Shown here: positions 20,572-30,350 of the stretch, in pieces
Layout: each line of letters opens with the position of its first letter
Numbering within the stretch: the stretch's first letter is position 1
DNA from: an uncultured Verrucomicrobiae bacterium
GTDB taxonomy: Bacteria; Verrucomicrobiota; Verrucomicrobiia; Chthoniobacterales; JAFAMB01
NCBI GenBank assembly: GCA_963762565.1
Contig: CAVXLD010000001.1
Location: 1,024,001 to 1,088,000, forward strand
DNA: 64,000 nt
Direction: 5' to 3'
Translations under genes and position numbers: made by a program
The notes under the pieces: model-generated
Told to the model about the DNA's origin: nothing
The model's input: the letters and a program-made list of their open reading frames with translations, nothing else
Databases searched by the model: none

Positions 20572-21594
20572 ATGGCGAAATATAAATTGGAATACATCTG
20601 GCTAGACGGCTATGCGCCGGTTGCCAATATCCGCGGGAAGACCTTAGTTAAGGACTTCGAAACCTTTCCTACTTTGGAGCAGATACCAAACTGGGGATTC
20701 GATGGCAGTTCTACAAGGCAAGCCGAGGGACATAGTTCCGACTGCGTGCTGAAGCCGGTGGCCGTTTATCCCGACAAAACGCGGGTGAACGCGGCGGTTG
20801 TGATGAACGAAGTTTTGCACCCCGACGGCACTCCTCACTCAACCAATGCCCGTGCGACGATTCTGGATGATCCGGATACCTGGTTCGGCTTCGAGCAGGA
20901 ATATTTTTTGTGGAAAGACGGCCTGCCCCTTGGCTTCCCTAAAGCTGGGTTTCCCGATCCACAAGGTGAATATTATACCGGTGTCGGTTACAAAAACGTA
21001 GGTAATATCGCGCGCGAGATCGTCGATGCTCACCTCGATCTTTGTATTGCCGCCGGCATTAACCACGAGGGCATCAATGCCGAAGTGGCCAAAGGCCAAT
21101 GGGAATACCAGATCTTCGGCAAAGGCTCCAAAACTGCCGCGGATCAAGTGTGGGTAGCCCGGTATCTGTTGGCGCGGCTGTGCGAAGCTTACGAGGTGGA
21201 AGTTCAATTGCATTGTAAGCCGATCCTGGGCGATTGGAACGGTTCCGGGTTCCATTGCAATTTCTCGACCAAATACATGCGGGAGGTTGGTGGTAAAGAA
21301 TATTTCGAAGCGCTTATGGCTGCGTTCGACAAGTACAAGAACGAACACATCGCGGTTTATGGACCGGACAATCATCTGCGTCTGACCGGTCTGCACGAGA
21401 CACAATCGATTGACAAATTCAACTACGGCTTGGCCAATCGCGGCGCATCCGTTCGCGTGCCGCATAGCTTCATAAATAATGGTTATAAGGGCTATCTTGA
21501 AGACCGGCGTCCGAACTCCGCCGGGGATCCCTACAAGATCGCCAGCCGCATTTTGCAGACGATCGCAACGGTCCCGAAACCCAACGGTGCTTAA
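20572..21594 (+). CDS. glnII: Glutamine synthetase type II
   Basis: 340 aa; EYIWLDG, WGFDGSST, WFGFEQEY, NAEVAKGQWE, GDWNGSG, RLTGLHET and EDRRP motifs. Confidence 0.95.
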   Translation: MAKYKLEYIWLDGYAPVANIRGKTLVKDFETFPTLEQIPNWGFDGSSTRQAEGHSSDCVLKPVAVYPDKTRVNAAVVMNEVLHPDGTPHSTNARATILDDPDTWFGFEQEYFLWKDGLPLGFPKAGFPDPQGEYYTGVGYKNVGNIAREIVDAHLDLCIAAGINHEGINAEVAKGQWEYQIFGKGSKTAADQVWVARYLLARLCEAYEVEVQLHCKPILGDWNGSGFHCNFSTKYMREVGGKEYFEALMAAFDKYKNEHIAVYGPDNHLRLTGLHETQSIDKFNYGLANRGASVRVPHSFINNGYKGYLEDRRPNSAGDPYKIASRILQTIATVPKPNGA

Positions 21595-21732
21595 GCAGTA
21601 GGTCGGGTCAGGCCCCGAAAAAATTTTGCGAATCGGCATCGTGGGGGGACGGATTTGTCCGGCGCCGCCGGATTCGCCGAATCCTTCCGCACTTGTGCGC
21701 CGCGGCGTGGCGGCGCATTTTGAGCGGTCCGC

Positions 21733-22146
21733 ATGCTGGAAGTGAAAGATACGTTGAGGGCCACCGTCCGTCTCAGTTACGACGGGCGGGTCTATAAGAC
21801 TTTTCACGGCCCGGACTCCCAAGAGCGCTTTAACAACGAAGTCCGGGTGCTTCGTCATCTCGAGAAGCAAAATTGTAACTTCGTGCCCAGGTTACTCGAG
21901 GCAAATCCGGAACTGCTCCGAATCGTCACAACAAACTGCGGTGCACGAGTCGAGCATTTGGATAGGCAGCGCGCCGGTGAGATTTTTGCGGAATTGGAGC
22001 CATACGGCGTGCACCACGAGGACGCTGAGGTGCGCAACATTACCTATCGACAAACCGATGGACGCTTTTGCGTAATCGATTTCGAGTTCGCGACGATTCT
22101 TCCCGGCTTCGAAGAAGCTGCCAATGGATCACGATCATCTCAATAG
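21733..22146 (+). CDS. Minimal protein-kinase-like protein (137 aa)
   Basis: Beta3 Lys (VYK), alphaC Glu (NEVRVL), catalytic loop HEDAEVRN (HxDxxxxN) and IDFE (DFG-like). Confidence 0.75.
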   Translation: MLEVKDTLRATVRLSYDGRVYKTFHGPDSQERFNNEVRVLRHLEKQNCNFVPRLLEANPELLRIVTTNCGARVEHLDRQRAGEIFAELEPYGVHHEDAEVRNITYRQTDGRFCVIDFEFATILPGFEEAANGSRSSQ

Positions 22147-22981
22147 TCCAAACAACGAATCGATTTCACATCGCCTGCAATGGTGGGGAGCTACTGATCG
22201 CGGCAAGATTCGTTCGAACAACGAGGATTCGTTCTTGGGTTTGCAGCTTGACTCCAGAGAGGTCCATCATCTAGGACGGCACGGCGAAGCATCGACGGAA
22301 ACCACTGATCTCGCCTTCGCGGTAAGCGATGGAATGGGCGGCGCTACCGCCGGAGAGTTCGCCAGCAGGATCACCGTGGATCGGGTAACCCATCTCCTCC
22401 AGCGGTCGTTCAAACAATCCGCCGTTGGCATCGAAACTTATTTTGCTGACGTGTTTACCACTCTTTTTGACCAGATTCATCAATCGTTGACGCTGGTTGG
22501 GGAGAGTTATGCGGAATGCTTCGGCATGGGAGCGACCCTGAGTATCTGCTGGTTCAGCCGCGGCTGGATGTATTTCGGGCATATCGGCGATAGCCGTGTT
22601 TACTATTTGCCCGCCCAGGAAAGAGTTATACGACAGATCAGCCACGATGATACCCATGTAGGCTGGCTCCGCCGAAACGGCGATATCAACGAGCGCCAAG
22701 CTCGGACTCATCCGCGCCGGAATGCGCTCCAGAAGGCTCTAGGCGCTGGCAACCAATTTGTCGATCCTCAGGTGGGCGCCGTCGCCTATGAAAGTGGCGA
22801 TCTTTTTCTGCTCTGCACCGATGGTCTAGTCGAAGGACTTTACAATGACCAGATTCTAGAAATTCTGCGCTCTCCTGAAGCTCTGCGCCTGGACCGAAAC
22901 GTCGCCCAGTGCTTGGTTCAAGCGTCATTAGAAGGTGCAGGCAGCGACAACACGACTGCGCTAGTCATCAAGGTGCTCTGA
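22124..22981 (+). CDS. PP2C/PPM family Ser/Thr phosphatase
   Basis: RSNNED, SDGMGG, MGAT, HIGDSR, CTDGL and SDNTT motifs. Confidence 0.93.
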   Translation: MDHDHLNSPNNESISHRLQWWGATDRGKIRSNNEDSFLGLQLDSREVHHLGRHGEASTETTDLAFAVSDGMGGATAGEFASRITVDRVTHLLQRSFKQSAVGIETYFADVFTTLFDQIHQSLTLVGESYAECFGMGATLSICWFSRGWMYFGHIGDSRVYYLPAQERVIRQISHDDTHVGWLRRNGDINERQARTHPRRNALQKALGAGNQFVDPQVGAVAYESGDLFLLCTDGLVEGLYNDQILEILRSPEALRLDRNVAQCLVQASLEGAGSDNTTALVIKVL

Positions 22982-23191
22982 ACCAGGGCAATTTCGCCGA
23001 CCAAAAAAGCAAGACAATCTAACAGAAACCACGCATAAAATGTCGAGCGACGAAAAGGAGCATACTTTTTGCTGCATGCAAGGTTTTGTAGTTGCTAAAT
23101 CCTTGCGCGCTCATTCCACAACATGCAGTTTCGCAACAAACACCTCCAAAAAAGAAGCATACAAAATATAAATAACTGATAACTAGCATTT

Positions 23192-24601
23192 ATGACACCA
23201 GCTGAAGTAACCCAACTCATCGAAAAACAGGGCATCAAGTTAATTGATTTCAAGTTTGCTGACCTTCTTGGAACTTGGCAGCACTTCACCACGACGCTTA
23301 CTGAATATAGCGAAGATCTTTTCACTGACGGCCTCGGATTCGATGGTTCGAGTATTCGTGGCTGGAGGGTCATCAATGCCAGCGACATGCTGGTCATCCC
23401 CGACCCAGACACAGCTTGGGTGGACATCTTCAATGAGGAGCCGACGCTGAGTTTCATCTGCACCATTGAGGATCCTATCACTCGTGAGCCTTATGACCGC
23501 GACCCGCGAGGTGTGGCCGAGAAAGTCGAGGCCTATTTAAAGAGCACCGGAATCGCGGATACAGCGTTTTTCGGCCCGGAGGCTGAGTTCTTCATCTTCG
23601 ATGATGTTCGCTACGACTATACGGCTAACTCATCGTTTCATTCCGTAGACAGCGTTGAAGGCATTTGGAACTCAGGCAGAGAAGAGTTTCCTAACCTTGG
23701 CAATAAGATCCGCCACAAGGAAGGTTACTTCCCGGTTGCTCCGACCGACACTCTCCAGGATATCCGCAACGAGATGTGTCTGGAGATGGAAAAAGCGGGT
23801 ATCCCGATTGAGCGCCAGCACCACGAGGTCGCAACCGCAGGCCAAGCTGAGATCGATATCAGGTTTGCTCCTCTAAAACAGATGGGTGACCACATGATGT
23901 ATTACAAGTACATCACCAAGAACGTCGCCAAGAAGTATAACAAAGTCGTGACGTTTATGCCCAAACCGCTCTTCGGCGACAACGGGTCGGGTATGCACAC
24001 CCATCAATCGCTCTGGAAAGATGGTAAGCCGTTGTTTGCCGGTGATAAATACGCGGGATTGAGCGAAACCGCTTTGTTCTACATCGGCGGGATTCTCAAA
24101 CACGCCCGAGCCCTAACTGCATTCACTAACCCGACCACGAACAGTTATAAGCGGTTGGTTCCCGGATTCGAAGCTCCGGTAAATCTTGCTTACTCCGCCC
24201 GGAACCGATCCGCGGCCATTCGTATTCCTACTTACTCTCCGAATCCGAAAGCCAAAAGAATCGAGTTTCGTACTCCGGATCCCGCCGCTAACCCTTACAT
24301 CGCCTTCGCGGCGCTGCTGTTGGCCGGTTTGGACGGTATCCAGAACCGAATCGACCCGGGCGACCCACTTGATAAGAACCTTTACGAGCTTCCGCCGGAA
24401 GAACTCGCCAAGGTGCCTAGCGTACCCGATTCGCTAGCCGGCGCATTGGACGCCTTGGAAGCGGATCATGAATTCCTGCTCAAAGGCGATGTCTTTAACA
24501 AGGACTTCATCGGTAACTGGATCGAGATGAAAAAGAAGGAGTACGACGCCCTTCGTCTGCGTACGCATCCGTACGAATTCTTCATGTATTTCGACCTGTA
24601 A
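23192..24601 (+). CDS. glnA: Glutamine synthetase type I (GSI-beta)
   Basis: FDGSSI, GPEAEF, HHEVAT, FMPKP, NGSGMH, YKRLVPG and the NLYELP adenylylation motif. Confidence 0.97.
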   Translation: MTPAEVTQLIEKQGIKLIDFKFADLLGTWQHFTTTLTEYSEDLFTDGLGFDGSSIRGWRVINASDMLVIPDPDTAWVDIFNEEPTLSFICTIEDPITREPYDRDPRGVAEKVEAYLKSTGIADTAFFGPEAEFFIFDDVRYDYTANSSFHSVDSVEGIWNSGREEFPNLGNKIRHKEGYFPVAPTDTLQDIRNEMCLEMEKAGIPIERQHHEVATAGQAEIDIRFAPLKQMGDHMMYYKYITKNVAKKYNKVVTFMPKPLFGDNGSGMHTHQSLWKDGKPLFAGDKYAGLSETALFYIGGILKHARALTAFTNPTTNSYKRLVPGFEAPVNLAYSARNRSAAIRIPTYSPNPKAKRIEFRTPDPAANPYIAFAALLLAGLDGIQNRIDPGDPLDKNLYELPPEELAKVPSVPDSLAGALDALEADHEFLLKGDVFNKDFIGNWIEMKKKEYDALRLRTHPYEFFMYFDL

Positions 24602-24627
24602 GCCTAACAACCCAAGCTTATTTGCAG

Positions 24628-24660
24628 AAAGCGCCCGGATTTCCGGGCGCTTTTTTGTTT
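24628..24660 (+). terminator. Rho-independent terminator of glnA
   Basis: aaagcgcccgga-tt-tccgggcgctttt followed by ttgttt. Confidence 0.85.
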
Positions 24661-25031
24661 GATGATGGAGCGGGTGCTCAACCACGCCCATCTCGGAGGG
24701 GCGCCGCATTCCGCGTTTTAGCTGGGGCGGGTGTCGGCGCCTGCAATCGTTGCCGCTTCCAACTTTGGATAGAGGCGGCGCCCAGAACCCAGCGCTTATT
24801 CGACACGTTTTGGGGTTGAAACCTCCCTGGATCATTCCACGTGCACAGGGAGCCGCGGTTACATACACGTCTCGGCTGGCGTCACCATAGTCCATGTCTC
24901 GGTCCAAGGACGGAACCTCTCCAATGCGGCTCCCCTCCGATCTGCGCAGGCTAAACATTTCGACCTGGCTTATATTCTGTCATTTGTGATTTGTCATTCC
25001 CCCGGATTGGTTTCTCGTTACCCAATGTTCT

Positions 25032-26615
25032 ATGGCTAAAGGCTATTTCGCACTCTTGCTGCATGCCCACCTCCCCTTTGTAAGGCATCCGGAGTACCCA
25101 GACTTCCTGGAGGAAGACTGGCTTTTCGAGGCCATCACCGAGACCTACATCCCGCTCTGGCAGGTCTTCGAGGGACTGACTCGCGACGGGGTACGGTTTC
25201 GCCTGGCCATGTCAATGACGCCCACGCTCTGCGCCATGCTGGACGATCCGCTGCTGCGAGCGCGGTATCTGAAATATTTGGATCGCGCGATCGCGCTCTC
25301 AAAAGCAGAAATCGATCGCACTCAAAACCAACCCGACTTTAATCACCTCGCTCGCTACTACCACAGCCGTTTTCTCGAGTGCAGGGAAATCTACGTCGAC
25401 CGTCTCAGATGCGATTTGGTTGGCGCTTTTCGCCGTTTCCAGGAAGCCGGGTTCATCGAGATCATCGCTTGCACCGCGACCCACGGTTTCCTCCCCCTTC
25501 TTGAGCGATATCCTAAAAGCGTCTGGGCTCAGATCGCTATCGGCCGGGACGCTTACGTCAACTCATTCGGTTGCGCGCCTAAAGGAATCTGGTTGCCGGA
25601 ATGCGCTTATCACCAGGGCTTGGACCAGCAACTGCAGGCAGCCGAACTTCGCTGGTTTGTCTTAGATGCTCATGGACTGATGTTCGGGTCTCCGCGTCCG
25701 CGCTATGCCATCTATGCACCCTGCTTTACCCAGGCAGGGCCCGCGGTTTTCGGACGAGACAGAGAATCCAGCAAACAAGTCTGGAGCGCCCAAGAAGGTT
25801 ATCCCGGTGACCCAGCTTACCGGGACTTCTATCGCGACATCGGCTTTGACCTCGACTTGGACTACCTTCGCCCCTTTCTGCCGGACGATGGTCACAGAAA
25901 ATTCACCGGTATCAAATACTACCGGATCACGGGGCGAACCGCTCACAAGCAATCGTATGTCCCAGGTTGGGCGCAGGGAGCGGTGGATCATCACGCGGGG
26001 GATTTCCTTACCAGTCGCGTCAAGCAAATCGAGCATTTGGCTGGCATCACCAATATCAAACCAATCATCGTCTCTCCCTTTGATGCAGAGCTCTTTGGTC
26101 ATTGGTGGTATGAAGGTCCCCAATTTCTGAATTTGTTCATTCGGAAGGCGGTCTACGACCAAACAACCTTCGAATTGATCACTCCAAGCGATTATTTGGA
26201 AAAACATGACACCCTGCAGGTCATTTCACCTAGTCCTTCAAGTTGGGGAAACCGCGGCTTTTGGGAGGTATGGCTGGACGAAAGCAACAGCTGGATCTAC
26301 CCCCATTTGCACGCCGCCGCTCGCCGGATGACCGAGTCTGCCGAGGCGGTAGAAAAGACGCCCGCAAAATGGAAAGAGCGAGTGCTACGCCAGCTGGCCC
26401 GGGAGCTACTCCTGGCGCAATCCAGCGATTGGGCATTTCTAATGAGGACCGGTACCGCGAAAGACTACGCTGCTATGCGGACGAAGACTCATATTCTGAG
26501 ATTTACTCGAATGTACGACCAACTTCGAGGCGGAGTGATCGACGAAGGATTTCTCGCGAATTGTGAATGGCGAGACAATCTGTTCCCGGAGTTACAGTGG
26601 AAATATTATTTATGA
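25032..26615 (+). CDS. GH57 1,4-alpha-glucan branching enzyme (DUF1957)
   Basis: LHAHLPFV, ETYIP, THGFLP, WLPEC, FDAELFGHWW and AQSSDW motifs. Confidence 0.93.
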   Translation: MAKGYFALLLHAHLPFVRHPEYPDFLEEDWLFEAITETYIPLWQVFEGLTRDGVRFRLAMSMTPTLCAMLDDPLLRARYLKYLDRAIALSKAEIDRTQNQPDFNHLARYYHSRFLECREIYVDRLRCDLVGAFRRFQEAGFIEIIACTATHGFLPLLERYPKSVWAQIAIGRDAYVNSFGCAPKGIWLPECAYHQGLDQQLQAAELRWFVLDAHGLMFGSPRPRYAIYAPCFTQAGPAVFGRDRESSKQVWSAQEGYPGDPAYRDFYRDIGFDLDLDYLRPFLPDDGHRKFTGIKYYRITGRTAHKQSYVPGWAQGAVDHHAGDFLTSRVKQIEHLAGITNIKPIIVSPFDAELFGHWWYEGPQFLNLFIRKAVYDQTTFELITPSDYLEKHDTLQVISPSPSSWGNRGFWEVWLDESNSWIYPHLHAAARRMTESAEAVEKTPAKWKERVLRQLARELLLAQSSDWAFLMRTGTAKDYAAMRTKTHILRFTRMYDQLRGGVIDEGFLANCEWRDNLFPELQWKYYL

Positions 26616-28087
26616 GGACACGCGGACGGGTGTTACCGGCCGTGTGGGTCTGGGTAAGTCTCTGGTTGTTTGCGCCGCGACTCTTTGCTGGCGGTGAGGA
26701 AAACGTAGAAACAAGTAAGCAGTTAATTTTTGTCCCGCCTCCAATCGAAGGGGTGATCAGTCTCGGCGTCTACGATGCCCATGGAAAACTGGTGCGAGTG
26801 CTAAAGCAGGCAGCCGAGATCGATTCGTTCAAGCCCGGCCTCAATGGGCTGTTTATTGATTGGGATGGCGCGGATGCCGACGGCAAAGTGGTACCCGCCG
26901 GCAAGTACTCCGCCCGAGGCGTGCTAATCGGCGATGTTAATATTTCCGGGGTTGCTTATCACCTGAACGACTGGGTGGACGACGCGCAAAATCTCAGAGT
27001 CAAAACGATCAGTTCGCCAGCTCTGCTCGGCGGACGATCTCTGGCCGTATTAGCCGATACCGGTCGCCCCGAGATTTTGATCGTTGATGCCGGTTCCCTC
27101 AAAGCGCAGCGATTTTCAATCGACCCGGGTGTCATCCGGCTCAAATCGGATGGTGCTAACCTCTTGGCAATTTACTCCGATCACATCGCAAACATCACGG
27201 CGCCAGACGGGACGATCACGGAAAGCAATGCAGCAATTAATATCCGTGACGCTGACCGTTCGGGTTCAAATTGGGTCATTCTGACCGATCGGGAGATTCA
27301 GTACAAAAATGCGGGACAGACCACCACGATCGCGCTGCCTGACCCTAACATCAGCCGGTGCGCTCTTTTAGCGACATCATTGGTTGTCGCAAGTCCAAAT
27401 GGAAAACTGTGGCGCACAGAAAGTGATCACCTGGTCCAGGTCGACCTGGATGCACCTGGGGAACTACTCGACCTCAGCGCAGGCACGGGGGATCAAATTT
27501 GGTTGCTCATCGGGAACGGACCAAAAACCTGGTTACGGCAAGTCGATCTCGCGGCGAAAACCAGCAAAGATTTCGATCTGCCAGAGGGGCTGCCGAAAAT
27601 TCGCCAGCTATCCGCGTCGAGAACGAATACTGATTTGCTCCTGGACGCCGATCTGAATCCAGGTCAGCGGGTGATCGGCTTACATTTTCAGACCGTTAAA
27701 GATCAGCAATCGGTATGGGAGAAATGGTTTGATCGGTCGCTCGTGCCTCATCAATTCTTCGACGTTCACGCTGGGACCGTTGTACGAGCTGACACCAAAA
27801 CAGATTCACCCGCATTGCTGGTCCGTCCCGAGAACAATCCCTTGGAAAATACGCGCCAAGCTAACTTTTTGTTGAGCGCGGTCGCGGACAACCAGGGTGT
27901 CCATCTGGCGACCAGCGACGGGCTGCCCCTGCTCCAGATTTCAAAGACGAAGGGAATCGATCAGGTCAAATGGGAACCGAATGGTCCTACTGGGATGAAA
28001 GTCTACCTGTCGGACGGAACCGCCGTTGAGGAGTATAGCATCACGGGTTTGGGAAATCTGTACCGCTTTGACGCCGGAAGCTTCTAA
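26612..28087 (+). CDS. Secreted hypothetical protein with an N-terminal FlgD-Ig-like motif
   Basis: Signal peptide; GVYDAHGKLVRVL...WDGADADGKVVPAGKY; ATGA overlap with the GH57 stop. Confidence 0.7.
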   Translation: MRTRGRVLPAVWVWVSLWLFAPRLFAGGEENVETSKQLIFVPPPIEGVISLGVYDAHGKLVRVLKQAAEIDSFKPGLNGLFIDWDGADADGKVVPAGKYSARGVLIGDVNISGVAYHLNDWVDDAQNLRVKTISSPALLGGRSLAVLADTGRPEILIVDAGSLKAQRFSIDPGVIRLKSDGANLLAIYSDHIANITAPDGTITESNAAINIRDADRSGSNWVILTDREIQYKNAGQTTTIALPDPNISRCALLATSLVVASPNGKLWRTESDHLVQVDLDAPGELLDLSAGTGDQIWLLIGNGPKTWLRQVDLAAKTSKDFDLPEGLPKIRQLSASRTNTDLLLDADLNPGQRVIGLHFQTVKDQQSVWEKWFDRSLVPHQFFDVHAGTVVRADTKTDSPALLVRPENNPLENTRQANFLLSAVADNQGVHLATSDGLPLLQISKTKGIDQVKWEPNGPTGMKVYLSDGTAVEEYSITGLGNLYRFDAGSF

Positions 28088-28090
28088 AGA

Positions 28091-28238
28091 ATGACAAATG
28101 ACAAATGACAGATGACAAATTGGCAGTCGTTGCTGACTCGACTGATGCGAAAGCCACTCCGGTAACGGTGTGTGATAACGCGCAATGGATGTTTCTTTGA
28201 ATTTGTCATTTGTCATCTGTGATCTGTCATCTGTCATT
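28091..28238. repeat. Inverted heptamer arms (ATGACAA/ATGACAG)n ... (TTGTCAT/CTGTCAT)n
   Basis: Four units on the left and five on the right around a ~80-bp spacer. Confidence 0.9.
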
Positions 28239-28269
28239 CTCCGCAGCTCTGTAGGGAGAGTTCTTAGCT

Positions 28270-28806
28270 ATGGATTTGGTTTATTTCGATCTGGAGACAC
28301 AACGAACTGCCAATGACGCTGGCGGTTGGCACAACAAACAGGACATGAGGATGTCGGTCGGCGTTACTTATAGCACCGCTTCAGGACAGTACCGGATTTA
28401 CTCTGAAGCCCGAGTAAATGAGCTGATTGATCAATTGCTCAAGGCAGACTTGGTCGTAGGGTTCAACATCTTGAACTTCGATTACGAAGTGCTCATGGGC
28501 TACACCATCCTAGACTTACCTCACCAGCTCAGGACATTGGATATATTGGTTGAGGTTGAAAAGCGCATCGGTAGCAAGCCCAACCTCGACAACCTCGCTA
28601 TGGCAACTCTAGGCGTCAAAAAAACTGCCGGCGGCGTGGACGCGATAAAATGGTGGCGCGAAAAGCGAGTGCTCGATATCGCGGAGTACTGTTGCTTTGA
28701 TGTTAAGGTCACCAAGATGGTGCACGAATTCGGCGTAACAAACCGTGAGCTGTTTTACAGCGATAAGTTCAATCGCCGTCAGAAGATGGCAATCGACTGG
28801 CAATGA
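28270..28806 (+). CDS. RNase H-like DEDD exonuclease domain protein (YprB/RNase_H_2-like)
   Basis: FDLET, GFNILNFD and YCCFDV Exo I/II/III motifs. Confidence 0.82.
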   Translation: MDLVYFDLETQRTANDAGGWHNKQDMRMSVGVTYSTASGQYRIYSEARVNELIDQLLKADLVVGFNILNFDYEVLMGYTILDLPHQLRTLDILVEVEKRIGSKPNLDNLAMATLGVKKTAGGVDAIKWWREKRVLDIAEYCCFDVKVTKMVHEFGVTNRELFYSDKFNRRQKMAIDWQ

Positions 28807-30068
28807 TTCAGCCGCTGCGCGCAACCAGAGAGACATGGCGAATCGATTGGTTCGACGTCGACTCACCAATCCCTTTTGGATCGATGTTCATTCTCCCAAC
28901 CTGCATCTACGTCATTCATCGTTACACAGGGATGCTGATCGGCCACGAATTTATCCGGGAGCTTGATCAAAGACGGGCGGAGATCCTGATACACCGTCTT
29001 TTCCAAGAGAGAGGTATACCGGATGAGATTCAAATCCCCGATCTGGAAGAATGGGACGACTCCGTCTGGCAAGGTCTCTCGCGAGAGTACCACTGCGAAG
29101 TGCAGCTAGTAGATAACGATCGCGGAGAAACCGACCCCACCCAGCAGGAAGCGGTACGCCAGCGTCTTGACTCCATGATCGCAGGTTCTGCTCAAACGCT
29201 TTTGAGTTCTTTGGGACCAAAGACCGTTGCGCAGGGATTGGTGCAAGCGCTGAAACACCTCCGCTCGATTGACAAGAAACGAGCCCTTCTCACCAAAGCA
29301 CTGGAATTGTCTGAGAATTTTCCCGAAGCGCTGGTCGAACTGGCGGACCTCGAGCTGCAAGATGGCAACGTCGACTCAGCAGCGGAAAAGTTTGCCAATG
29401 CCGCGGCCAGCTCTGCCGCGTTCCATGAACCCGGGGAAGCGAGTTGCTACATCCGCGCTCTTCACGGACAACTGTTGACCGCTTGGCAACGAGGAGATTT
29501 GGCTCAAGCGATCCAGATGGGTGAGCATCTTCTCCAACGCAACCCGGTCGACCATCCCGGCGTTCGTTTCCTCATTCCGTTGCTCCAACTCCTGGCCGGC
29601 CAGATCGATGAGTCTCAAGAGTATTTTTCCTGGTATCAACAGACCTATCCAAACGATCTGGAGGATCCCGGATTTCAGTTCGCCTGGGCTCTATCGCTGG
29701 TCGACCGAGACGACGAAAAGGCTGCCGTCGACAAGTACCGCCGAGGCATGATCCAGAACTTGTACCTCGCTCCTCTTCTATTGGATGTCCCAGAACCCGC
29801 TCCGGACATCTGGCAGCATAACGACCGGGGCGACATTCAATACGCCGCCGATTTCCTAAATTCGTTTGGAGTGATTTGGGAACGGGACGCCGCCGCTGTC
29901 CGCTTCCTGCGGGAAGTCTATACTGAGTCCGGTCCCTTGCTGGAACGCTTAATCGCCTTACGCCGCAAAATGGCCGACTTCCAAGACCACCGCTACGAAC
30001 CCAAACACCGAGAGAACTGGCAGCAGCTCATCGAGCAAGAGCAAGCGCTGATTAAGTCGTGGACGTAG
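28803..30068 (+). CDS. TPR-containing hypothetical protein
   Basis: Helical TPR-like repeats (KALELSENFPEALVELA, NPVDHPGVRF); 4-nt overlap with the exonuclease gene. Confidence 0.7.
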   Translation: MIQPLRATRETWRIDWFDVDSPIPFGSMFILPTCIYVIHRYTGMLIGHEFIRELDQRRAEILIHRLFQERGIPDEIQIPDLEEWDDSVWQGLSREYHCEVQLVDNDRGETDPTQQEAVRQRLDSMIAGSAQTLLSSLGPKTVAQGLVQALKHLRSIDKKRALLTKALELSENFPEALVELADLELQDGNVDSAAEKFANAAASSAAFHEPGEASCYIRALHGQLLTAWQRGDLAQAIQMGEHLLQRNPVDHPGVRFLIPLLQLLAGQIDESQEYFSWYQQTYPNDLEDPGFQFAWALSLVDRDDEKAAVDKYRRGMIQNLYLAPLLLDVPEPAPDIWQHNDRGDIQYAADFLNSFGVIWERDAAAVRFLREVYTESGPLLERLIALRRKMADFQDHRYEPKHRENWQQLIEQEQALIKSWT

Positions 30069-30076
30069 TCTAATTT

Positions 30077-30196
30077 GGTGGGGCGAGGCTCCCGAACGTC
30101 GAGGACAGGTTCGCAAGGGAATTCGGTTTTCTCCGTAGCCACGAAGTGCCACACCGCTACGCCTGCCGAGCCGATCCCAGCGTCTGACCCTCGCCC
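30077..30196. repeat. GT(A/G)G-tagged REP/MITE-like element, family A
   Basis: GGT(A/G)GGGCGAGGCTCCCG left arm; homologous to 36987-37104, 51590-51801 and 8472-8702. Confidence 0.8.
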
Positions 30197-30350
30197 AAAG
30201 CCAATCAACGCCCGCGATCGCATCTCGCCGGGCGTTTACCCACCTTCCTAGAATGGCACACGCCGACTCGCCCTTTCGCCCCTTCGCCGCATCGCCCATT
30301 CGCCGTTTCGCCCTTGCTATCTGCTATCTGCTATTCTCTTATTCCCTAGC

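Noticed and set aside
20839..21870. 343-aa minus-strand ORF (also 14666..15187, 34485..35159, 32824..33420 and similar)
   Set aside because: Antisense to well-supported genes, with no recognisable motifs.
24660..24960. Possible gene between glnA and GH57
   Set aside because: The ORFs cross the glnA terminator and show no recognisable motif.
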